Shown here piece by piece: positions 18,106 to 25,284 of a stretch of 64,000 nt of DNA (position 1 is its first letter; the number at the start of each line of letters is the position of its first letter). Under the pieces are notes generated by a model. It did no database searches, was not told the origin of the DNA, and worked only from the letters and a program-made list of their open reading frames with translations. The DNA lies in IMG/VR virus record IMGVR_UViG_3300020577_004280, positions 32,001 through 96,000 of that record. One strand, 5' to 3'. Made by a program: the position numbers and the translations under genes. The DNA comes from a virus (lineage: Duplodnaviria; Caudoviricetes).

Positions 18106-18180
18106 ATCCGAATGTCAGTTGACGATTACATATTAAACTTTTATTTTAATCAAAAATATCGTTAACAATCCTTGTCGGAT
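18106..18180 (+). ncRNA. minimal Y RNA-like element 4
   Basis: ATCCGA-ATG...GTTGACGAT-TACAT-ATTAAA-CTTTTAT-TTTAAT...ATCGTTAAC-AATCCTTG-TCGGAT. Confidence 0.75.
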
Positions 18181-18189
18181 TCATTTTAA

Positions 18190-18262
18190 GGGTCATTGGT
18201 GTAATCAGGAACACGATAGTCTTGCAAACTATAGTCATCGGAGCATAACCGATATGTATCCA
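18190..18262 (+). tRNA. tRNA-Ala(UGC)
   Basis: ATAGT-CTTGCAA-ACTAT; G3:U70; bulged acceptor; T loop AGCATAA. Confidence 0.75.
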
Positions 18263-18271
18263 CTCAAAATA

Positions 18272-18372
18272 TGTGAATGCCTGATAGGTTTACATAGCTA
18301 AATGGTAAAGCAAAGGACACAATCCTCGATTGTAGGTTCAAATCCTACTAACAACTTATCAATTTTGTCACA
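18272..18372 (+). ncRNA. Y RNA-like element with internal D/T arms
   Basis: TGTGA-ATG..TGATAGGTT-TACAT, D-like GCT-AAATGGTAA-AGC, AGGA/TCCT hairpin, GTAGG-TTCAAAT-CCTAC, AACTTATCA-ATTTTG-TCACA. Confidence 0.75.
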
Positions 18373-18455
18373 ACGAAGTCTTCCAAGTGCGATTCTTGAT
18401 AGAGCGACCTAAACGACAAATGTATTGAAAAACTTATAAAAAATTAAGGGAAACA

Positions 18456-18767
18456 ATGGGATATTATACGCGATATAAACTTGAGGTTTCAGAACAACCA
18501 GAAGATTTACCAGCTAATTTTCCACAAACTTATGGAGAACGATTCTTCATAGAATTACTTAGTGGCTGTGCAGAAGAAATTAAGTGGTACGAACACGATG
18601 AAGATATGACATCTATTTCGGAACAATATCCAGATATTCTATTTACCTTATATGGAGAAGGCGAAGAGTCAGAAGATATATGGGTTAAGTATTATAAAGG
18701 CGGTAAATGTCAGGTTGAAAGAGCTAAAATAGTTTTTGGTGAATTCAATCAAGAGAAATTAAAATAA
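18456..18767 (+). CDS. phage hypothetical protein (MGYYT-type)
   Basis: ORF with KWY...LYGEGEE motif. Confidence 0.7.
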   Translation: MGYYTRYKLEVSEQPEDLPANFPQTYGERFFIELLSGCAEEIKWYEHDEDMTSISEQYPDILFTLYGEGEESEDIWVKYYKGGKCQVERAKIVFGEFNQEKLK

Positions 18768-18807
18768 ACACAGACTGTCTAACGGAGTTTGGTGGATTAG
18801 ATGAAAG

Positions 18808-19014
18808 ATGTTTATGCTAATGAGAGGTTTTGCTCATGACTTATCATTAGATGAAGCAATGCAGGCTGTCGATAATGATAAATTCGTACAGAAGTTTAAA
18901 ACAAAGTTACCAGAAGTTGATAGTCTTAGACTTTTGGAAGGAACTTTTGAAGCCGTAATGTTAAAAGTCTCTATGAGATTTAGACCAAAAATGTTTGACC
19001 TAACATTAAAATAG
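18808..19014 (+). CDS. hypothetical protein
   Basis: ORF. Confidence 0.4.
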   Translation: MFMLMRGFAHDLSLDEAMQAVDNDKFVQKFKTKLPEVDSLRLLEGTFEAVMLKVSMRFRPKMFDLTLK

Positions 19015-19021
19015 GTCGTTA

Positions 19022-19096
19022 CACCCATTCGTATAGCTGGTCTGTTTACACTACTCTGATAAGGTAGAGAAGAACGTTCGAGTCGTTCATGGGTGA
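19022..19096 (+). tRNA. tRNA-Ile(GAU)
   Basis: CACCCAT/ATGGGTG, CTACT-CTGATAA-GGTAG, canonical T arm. Confidence 0.9.
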
Positions 19097-19182
19097 TTTT
19101 GTAGCAAACTTATCAACTACGTTGGTGAATAGCCAACAAATGACTTACGGTGGGTGGAAAAGTTGGTAAAAAACCGTACATT

Positions 19183-19269
19183 GGCTTAGTTCCACATAAC
19201 TGTCTGTAAAACAGTTGGCGTTATAATTATTGTGGTGGATGCTGTAGTGGTTCGATTCCTCCTAAGCCA
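19183..19269 (+). tRNA. tRNA-Tyr(GUA) lacking a D arm
   Basis: GGCTTAG/CTAAGCC-A, AACTGT-CTGTAAA-ACAGTT, TTCGATT T loop; only 8 nt in place of the D arm. Confidence 0.65.
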
Positions 19270-19879
19270 GATTTTTAATTTTTATTTCAATTATTTGAGA
19301 AACTTTTGACAATGCTAAATCGATTTGATTTTGTTTAGATGTTAAGTCTGTAATCACAATTAAATCAATATTCTCACGTTGACAAAGTAATTGTTTTTGA
19401 TAATCTCTATATTGTATATGCTTCAGTTTATCTTCACCATACATAGGTTGGTAGTGTATTTTACCATTCCATTCTATAGCTAGTTTTAGTTCTGGAATAT
19501 ATATGTCTAGTTCATAACCGTCCAAAATTTGTCTATTATTGAATACTAACTCTAAATCTGGAAATAATTTTTGTAGTTCTTCTCCAAATTTAATTTCAAT
19601 TTTTGAACGATTGCTGCTTTTCCTAAATTGATTATTATATTTAGCAGAACATGACGCGGAACAAAATACAAATCCACATTTAGACCTAGCTATAGCTCTT
19701 TTTTCAGCTAAAAAGATATTATCACAAAATCCGCATTTTACATTTACTCGCTTATTTTTATGTTTATTTGAACAATCTCTTGAACAGTATGTTTTTGCAT
19801 AAACCTTGTAATCTTTTGTTCTTACAAATAACTTATTGCAAAAATCACAGTTAATTTCACAAGTTTCACGTTTTCTCAT
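19262..19879 (-). mobile_element. Vsr/DUF559-like PD-(D/E)xK endonuclease with Cys-rich N-terminal repeats (putative homing endonuclease)
   Basis: ELDIYIPELKLAIEWNGKIHY, RDYQK; CxxC...YCSxxC repeats. Confidence 0.75.
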
Positions 19880-19928
19880 GGTTGACCCCTGTTTTCTATA
19901 AAAAGCGACTCACGTTTCCCACCAGTGT

Positions 19929-19938
19929 ATTATACACG
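19929..19938 (-). promoter_or_regulatory. putative phage promoter CGTGTATAAT
   Basis: 50 nt upstream of minus-strand endonuclease. Confidence 0.45.
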
Positions 19939-19954
19939 AAAATAATCAAACTAA

Positions 19955-20028
19955 ACCCTCCGGTAGTGTAATGATTAACACAATAGTCTCCAAAACTATA
20001 ATCTCTCGTGAAAAGCGAGACGAGGGTG
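19955..20028 (+). tRNA. tRNA-Trp(CCA)
   Basis: ATAGT-CTCCAAA-ACTAT; ACCCTC/GAGGGT; T loop TGAAAAG. Confidence 0.75.
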
Positions 20029-20114
20029 TTTTCAGCCAATAAGGCTGTATTAAGTTGGATGATAATTTCATAAGTAACGTTGGAGATGTTGACAGAAGAA
20101 CTAAATTTATTAAT

Positions 20115-20190
20115 AACTAAGTGCTAACATACAAGGCGTGTGTTCGGTCTGCAAAACCGAAAGCTTAGAGTTCGATTCTCTACTTAGTCT
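20115..20190 (+). tRNA. tRNA-Cys(GCA)
   Basis: TCGGT-CTGCAAA-ACCGA, TAGAG-TTCGATT-CTCTA, U73. Confidence 0.85.
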
Positions 20191-20211
20191 TCATCGCGAT
20201 TAGCGATATAT

Positions 20212-20501
20212 GGGACCGTAAGGTTTTCGACTGGTAAGATAGTTAGCTAAATGGCAAGTAGAAGAACTCATGATGGCTTCTTTAAAAACATGAGACAAAC
20301 CAAATGCAAAATTTGCTCTAGCCGCTTAGTCGGATAGGTTGCTAGTGTCCGAAGAAACACTTTCTGACTCAGATAATTCTGAACATCATATCGGCTGTAA
20401 TAAGAGGGTTTGTTATTTAACCCAACCTAATAAATAACTAAACTTGTAGATGTTTTTCTGACGGCTATACTAGGACGGGGTTTCAATACCCCCGGTTCCA
20501 C
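20212..20501 (+). ncRNA. ssrA: tmRNA
   Basis: GGGACCG...TTCGAC 5' end, GACGGGG-T loop-CCCC-CGGTTCCA 3' end with G3:U70; tag frame GCA AAA TTT GCT CTA GCC GCT TAG (AKFALAA) at 20306-20329. Confidence 0.9.
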
Positions 20502-20513
20502 TTAAGGAGAATT

Positions 20514-20876
20514 ATGATTGATTCAGATTTAAACGGTTTTTATATCAAACCTTGGGGTCGTTATGTAGACCATTTGCGTAGTAAGGAGTTAGTTATCAAG
20601 ACACTAACTATCGTTGGCGGAAATAAAATCTCCAATCAAAAACATCTCTTAAGACATGAAAAGTGGTATATCATGTCTGGTACAGGGCAAGCATTACTAC
20701 AATACGGAAACTCAATATTAAGCATTGAGTTAAAACCCGGTGTCATATTTAATGTTTCAGAAGAAACGTGGCATCAAGTCAAAGCTGATGAGGATTCAAC
20801 TCTAGTTGTGTTAGAAATCCAAGAAGGTGAAGATTGTAACGAAGATGATATCGTCCGTAAACCTGACGTTCTATAA
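20514..20876 (+). CDS. cupin, mannose-6-phosphate isomerase type II C-terminal-like
   Basis: KPWGRY, SNQKHLLRHEKW, WHQ, LEIQ.G..EDDIVR. Confidence 0.85.
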   Translation: MIDSDLNGFYIKPWGRYVDHLRSKELVIKTLTIVGGNKISNQKHLLRHEKWYIMSGTGQALLQYGNSILSIELKPGVIFNVSEETWHQVKADEDSTLVVLEIQEGEDCNEDDIVRKPDVL

Positions 20877-20888
20877 TGAGGTATAATC

Positions 20889-21086
20889 ATTAGTCGTTCT
20901 CGAAAAGGCCACAAAGGATGTGGCTACGATTATTGGTCACGCAGACCATATAGTAGTAGTTATGGATACGGTCCAGATATTAAAAAACTATGTCATCGGG
21001 CTGAAAGAATTCAGGCAAAAGAGATAGTCAATCGTGAGATTGACGAGATGGAAGAAAACGAGTACAACCGCGAAGATTTCGCGTAA
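20889..21086 (+). CDS. small hypothetical protein with ATT start (65 aa)
   Basis: GAGGT SD, then ATT-SRSRKGHKGCGYDYWSRRP...; fills the gap between genes. Confidence 0.5.
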   Translation: MSRSRKGHKGCGYDYWSRRPYSSSYGYGPDIKKLCHRAERIQAKEIVNREIDEMEENEYNREDFA

Positions 21087-21122
21087 ACTTATATTAATAG
21101 GACTAAAAACAAGGAAAATATT

Positions 21123-21857
21123 ATGACAAAACTAAATCAGATTATTGCGTTAGTAAATGGTAAAAAGACCGCCGCTACCAAAGCCTTAACCGAAGTATAC
21201 AAGAAATTAGATAAGTCAGAATTATTTAATGGTATTACACGTAAGTATACACCGTTAGATGATAACGACGCTGAAAAGCTTCCGTCTGAAGCTAAGAATA
21301 TTCAGTTTACTGTTGGCGAAGCTATTAAGGAAGCCCGTAATATTATTACAGAATTATACGATATTACTCTCACACAAGACGTTGCCAACACTGAAGCTAA
21401 GGCTGATATTGTAGTTGATGGTAATGTTATCGCTGCCAATGTTCCGGTAACATATCTACTTTTCCTTGAAAAACAAGTTACAGACCTACGTACATTCGTT
21501 GGTAAGTTGCCAACGCTAGATGTTGCAGATGTTTGGAACTATGATACAAATAAGGATTGTTATGTTACTTCTCCTATTATGAGCAATCGCTCTAAGAAGG
21601 TTTACCGTAACCACGTTAAGGCAGAAGCTACGGAACATCATCCAGCACAAGTAGAAGTTTATACAGAAGACGTTAAGGTTGGTGAATGGCAAACTGTTAA
21701 ACTCAGTGGTGCAGTTCCAGCCAAAACTAAGAATGAAATGTTACTGAAGTTGACCAAGCTAGACGACGCAATCAAGATTGCTCGCGAACAAGCCAATTCA
21801 ATTGAAGTAAATAGTGCAAAAATTGGCGAAAATATCGCTAACTATGTTTTCGCTTAA
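21123..21857 (+). CDS. uncharacterised 244-aa protein with predicted helical segments, linked to downstream ncRNA
   Basis: AAGGA SD; KLNQIIA, VPVTYLLFLEKQ, RNHVKAEATEHHPAQV, AREQAN motifs. Confidence 0.85.
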   Translation: MTKLNQIIALVNGKKTAATKALTEVYKKLDKSELFNGITRKYTPLDDNDAEKLPSEAKNIQFTVGEAIKEARNIITELYDITLTQDVANTEAKADIVVDGNVIAANVPVTYLLFLEKQVTDLRTFVGKLPTLDVADVWNYDTNKDCYVTSPIMSNRSKKVYRNHVKAEATEHHPAQVEVYTEDVKVGEWQTVKLSGAVPAKTKNEMLLKLTKLDDAIKIAREQANSIEVNSAKIGENIANYVFA

Positions 21858-21859
21858 TA

Positions 21860-22210
21860 TGTAGGTACAGTCTAAGATTGAAGTTTAGATTAAAAGTCCT
21901 GTTCTAAAGATGTTGGCTCGGTACCAACCCTCGGCACTTTAACAATTCAAGCCGAGGTAGCCCAATGTGAGGCAAAGATGGGATGCAATAAAATTTAGAT
22001 TATCACCTAAGACTAAAAATACAGTATCTTTGTTTAATCGAGTCCCGTAATAATATAAAACCATAAATGAAGGCTCATTTCCTTCCCGCTCCTCTTTTAG
22101 GAAAATCCATAACACGGAGCGGTAGTATAAAGGTATTACGATGGTTTACTAAAGCTAAAATACGGGTTTAATGGATATCGTAAACAAAAAGCTATACGCG
22201 ATACTAACAT
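21860..22210 (+). ncRNA. ~350-nt structured RNA with two circularly permuted tRNA-like modules
   Basis: T arm, closed acceptor stem and D arm in that order at 21897-21984 and 22058-22147; the second is nested in CCCGTA/TACGGG, TTTGTTTA/TAAACAAA and AGTATC/GATACT stems. Confidence 0.8.
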
Positions 22211-22214
22211 TCAT

Positions 22215-22250
22215 GTCTGCCAGCCGGATATGCTGGCAGACGTTTTTCTT
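22215..22250 (+). terminator. intrinsic terminator
   Basis: GTCTGCCAGC/GCTGGCAGAC 10-bp stem followed by T run. Confidence 0.85.
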
Positions 22251-22280
22251 GCTTATCAAGATTTTATTAAAGGAAACTAC

Positions 22281-22514
22281 ATGACACCAGAAAATTTCTG
22301 TTACTGGCTACAAGGTTATTTTGAAATTAACGGCGGTAAAGGCGAAACAAATAAATATGAGTTAACCCGCTCACAAGTTAATATGATTCAAGAACATTTA
22401 AAACTTGTATTTCATAAAGTGACACCTAATCCACCTATAGGAACACTATTACAACAAAATAGCAAAGGTGAATGGTCTCCGTTTAGAGAGATTAATTGCT
22501 TCGCATCATGTTAA
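22281..22514 (+). CDS. phage hypothetical protein (MTPENFCYWLQGYFE-type)
   Basis: AAGGA SD before ATG 22281; track start 22230 lies within the terminator. Confidence 0.75.
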   Translation: MTPENFCYWLQGYFEINGGKGETNKYELTRSQVNMIQEHLKLVFHKVTPNPPIGTLLQQNSKGEWSPFREINCFASC

Positions 22515-22939
22515 AAATAGTATTAGAATTTCTCAGGTGGTTATTTCGTAAACCGCCTTTTAGACCAACTAGATTAAGAGCCTATCTCAGAAAGGTAGAA
22601 AAGATGAATAACAAAGCAATAGCAACTATCGAGATTGATTGGGAATTATCACATTCCGATGATGTTATTAGACAAGATTTAACAATCATGACTCAAGAAG
22701 AGGGTCAGTCATCTCCAACAGATTTGCTTACACAATCTCTACCTCCAGACCAAAATACATTTGTATTTAAAGTACCAGAAAAAACAACTGTCTATGTGAG
22801 AATCGTTGCTTATGATGGTACATACTATTCAAAACCACTCGTAAATCAGTTCCTATGTCCAGATTTAGCAAAACCATGTCAACCAATTAGTAAGGGTTGG
22901 AAAATACTAGAAGTAGAAAATAACACACCCTGCTACTAA
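22496..22939 (+). CDS. hypothetical protein, fibronectin type III-like fold possible
   Basis: Beta-rich pattern IDW..S...YVRIVAYDG..YS. Confidence 0.45.
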   Translation: MLRIMLKIVLEFLRWLFRKPPFRPTRLRAYLRKVEKMNNKAIATIEIDWELSHSDDVIRQDLTIMTQEEGQSSPTDLLTQSLPPDQNTFVFKVPEKTTVYVRIVAYDGTYYSKPLVNQFLCPDLAKPCQPISKGWKILEVENNTPCY

Positions 22940-22942
22940 ATT

Positions 22943-23848
22943 ATGGACAAACTATACGTTATAGCCGTATTCTTCAATCCAGCGGGCTTCACTAGCCTGC
23001 TGCGTAACTACTACATATTTAAAGAATATCTCACCAGACATTCTAACATAGAACTACTAACCATCGAATTATCATTTAATGGTAAATTTCAAATAGAAGG
23101 CGAAAATGTCCACAGACTTACATCAAACAGTGTTATGTGGCAGAAAGAACGCCTGATAAATTATGGGATATCGCAATTACCGGCTGATGCAAAATATTTT
23201 GCTTGGCTAGATTGCGATATTATTTTTCTACACCAAGATTGGGTCAACATGGTTTTAGATGAGCTACAACGCTCTGACATTATTCAACCGTTTAAAAGAG
23301 TTTATTTTGGTACGAATGGTGAAACGGAGTTCACCCCGTTTTTTAAATTTCAACAGAGTGTATTTTGGCAATACAGAATTCATAAAAACTGGTTGGAGAG
23401 AAGACAAAATAAGAATCTCGGGTTTGCTGCCCCTGGCTTTGCTTATTGTGCTAAAGTAAGTCTATTTAAAGACTTAGGACTATATGATAAATGTATTACT
23501 GGTAGTGGTGATTCCGCATTAGTTGATGTTTTATTGGATAGCGATTCTATTCACGCTCATTCGTCATATTTTACTTCTGCGATGAAAGAAGATTTAACCA
23601 AATACCGGGAAAAATTACTTGACAGAAATCCGAAAGTTGGCTATATTCCCATAGATTTAATGCACTTATACCACGGAACCATCGCTAATAGAAATTACGT
23701 GGTTAGGCATGAAATTCTGCAAGATAATAACTTTAACCCAAACACTGATATCAAATTAGAAAACAACGTGTTTGAGTGGAATACTCCAAAACACGATTTA
23801 CACGAACGTCTAAATCGTTATTTTTTTGACCGCAAGGAAGATATATAA
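22943..23848 (+). CDS. GT-A fold glycosyltransferase-like protein
   Basis: WQKERLIN, WLDCD (DxD), GSGD, HLYHG. Confidence 0.7.
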   Translation: MDKLYVIAVFFNPAGFTSLLRNYYIFKEYLTRHSNIELLTIELSFNGKFQIEGENVHRLTSNSVMWQKERLINYGISQLPADAKYFAWLDCDIIFLHQDWVNMVLDELQRSDIIQPFKRVYFGTNGETEFTPFFKFQQSVFWQYRIHKNWLERRQNKNLGFAAPGFAYCAKVSLFKDLGLYDKCITGSGDSALVDVLLDSDSIHAHSSYFTSAMKEDLTKYREKLLDRNPKVGYIPIDLMHLYHGTIANRNYVVRHEILQDNNFNPNTDIKLENNVFEWNTPKHDLHERLNRYFFDRKEDI

Positions 23849-23859
23849 AGGAAAATTAT

Positions 23860-24345
23860 ATGCAACAGTGGACAGTAAGAGTAATTGATAAATTAGCTGA
23901 ACGAAACAATGCATCCTTTTTTGAAATTGCTAATAATATGTGGGTGCCCGCTACTTCAAAACAGGAAGCTAGAAAATTTATATACAATCAACTCACAGAA
24001 AAAGGTTTAATATATGGGCGTGATTTTGTTTTGGGTAGTGTTGGCCATTATACTGGCACCGGGGTGTCAGTCGGATTTGTAGGCGATGTATTTAAAACAT
24101 GTGTTCCGCATCACACATTTATCGCATATAAGCAAGTTCAAATTGAAGGTGGTAAAAAAGATGATATAAAATACGAAAAATATACACATACATTTTGTAT
24201 GAAGAAGTGTCCAGATAGTTTAGACCAACCAACATATATTTGCTCCAATGGTCAGTTTATTGTGTATGAAACTTCTGAAAAAATAGCTGAGCAAAGACAA
24301 AATGATATAGCAATGAAAAAAAACAGAAAGCGACGAGATGATTAA
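23860..24345 (+). CDS. hypothetical protein
   Basis: ORF with SD. Confidence 0.6.
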   Translation: MQQWTVRVIDKLAERNNASFFEIANNMWVPATSKQEARKFIYNQLTEKGLIYGRDFVLGSVGHYTGTGVSVGFVGDVFKTCVPHHTFIAYKQVQIEGGKKDDIKYEKYTHTFCMKKCPDSLDQPTYICSNGQFIVYETSEKIAEQRQNDIAMKKNRKRRDD

Positions 24346-25138
24346 TCTACTTATCTGGTCAAAAGACCGGGCTTGTCAACTAGATTTGTTATTACGTAGT
24401 TTGCCACATAATTTATTCAATGTGTACACATTGTACAAATCCTCTTCTAGCGAATATCAGCTTGGTTATGATAAATTGATTAAACTTTACCCGGAATATT
24501 TTTTTACTAAAGAATCTGATTTTGAATTACAAACACGGTTTATCATTAAATGCTCTGGAAAGTATATTTGTCTATCTACCGATGACACGGTATTCTATGA
24601 TTGTCCTAAGATTAGTGCATCAGGAATCGAAGCCGCGATGAGTGATGACGTTATAACATTTTCTTTCCGTTATGGTAAGAATACAGTATTACAAAATCAC
24701 AACACAGGCGAGATGCAGCCATCTTTAAACATATATGAAGATTGCCATGACTATATCAGATGGCGTTTTGACCAATATTATCCATTACATAACTATGGGT
24801 ATCCTTTTGGTTTAGATATGCACGTATACAAAGCTGATATTTTAACCGAATTGATAAACCAGTTTTCTTTTTCTAATACTAATCAACTTGAGAGTAATCT
24901 GTTTAAATATACTAATGTCGTACCAAAAGTAATATGCTCGGAACATATGAGTACAGCGGTCAATATACCAGCTAATAATATGAGTGGTATAACTATAGCT
25001 GGAGCGATGTATCCATTTTCTAATGAAACATTAAACAATGTTTGGCTTAGTGGAAATCAAATAGATATTAATAGTATTTTAGGTCAAAAAGTTGTTGGAT
25101 GTCATCAAGAATTTGATTTTAGGTTTGAGAAGAGTTAA
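24338..25138 (+). CDS. glycosyltransferase-like protein
   Basis: SKDRACQLDLLLRS N-terminus, TDD motif. Confidence 0.55.
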   Translation: MINLLIWSKDRACQLDLLLRSLPHNLFNVYTLYKSSSSEYQLGYDKLIKLYPEYFFTKESDFELQTRFIIKCSGKYICLSTDDTVFYDCPKISASGIEAAMSDDVITFSFRYGKNTVLQNHNTGEMQPSLNIYEDCHDYIRWRFDQYYPLHNYGYPFGLDMHVYKADILTELINQFSFSNTNQLESNLFKYTNVVPKVICSEHMSTAVNIPANNMSGITIAGAMYPFSNETLNNVWLSGNQIDINSILGQKVVGCHQEFDFRFEKS

Positions 25139-25140
25139 AT

Positions 25141-25284
25141 ATGGGTAGGTCATTTAGAGGAGTTGATAAACGCGTAAAGGAAAAATGGAAAAAGAACCGT
25201 CAAAATAGACAGAAGAAATATGGTGGTTACACAGATAAACCAGTGGAAAAAAATAAAAAGGATAGAAATGACAACAATTGGTAA
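25141..25284 (+). CDS. small basic protein (47 aa)
   Basis: MGRSFRGVDKR...; fills intergenic gap. Confidence 0.5.
   Translation: MGRSFRGVDKRVKEKWKKNRQNRQKKYGGYTDKPVEKNKKDRNDNNW

Noticed and set aside
15446-18372. CRISPR array or dispersed DNA repeat
   Set aside because: Units share pairing and short motifs only; no identical repeats or regular spacers; no cas operon (the Cas4-like gene is a replication-cluster exonuclease)
18373-18410. T-arm-like CAAG-TGCGATT-CTTG plus acceptor-like tail
   Set aside because: No matching 5' half found; at most a tRNA remnant
21897-22147. Ordinary tandem tRNA genes or pseudogenes
   Set aside because: Acceptor strands pair within each T-then-D module, not between modules, and there is no anticodon loop
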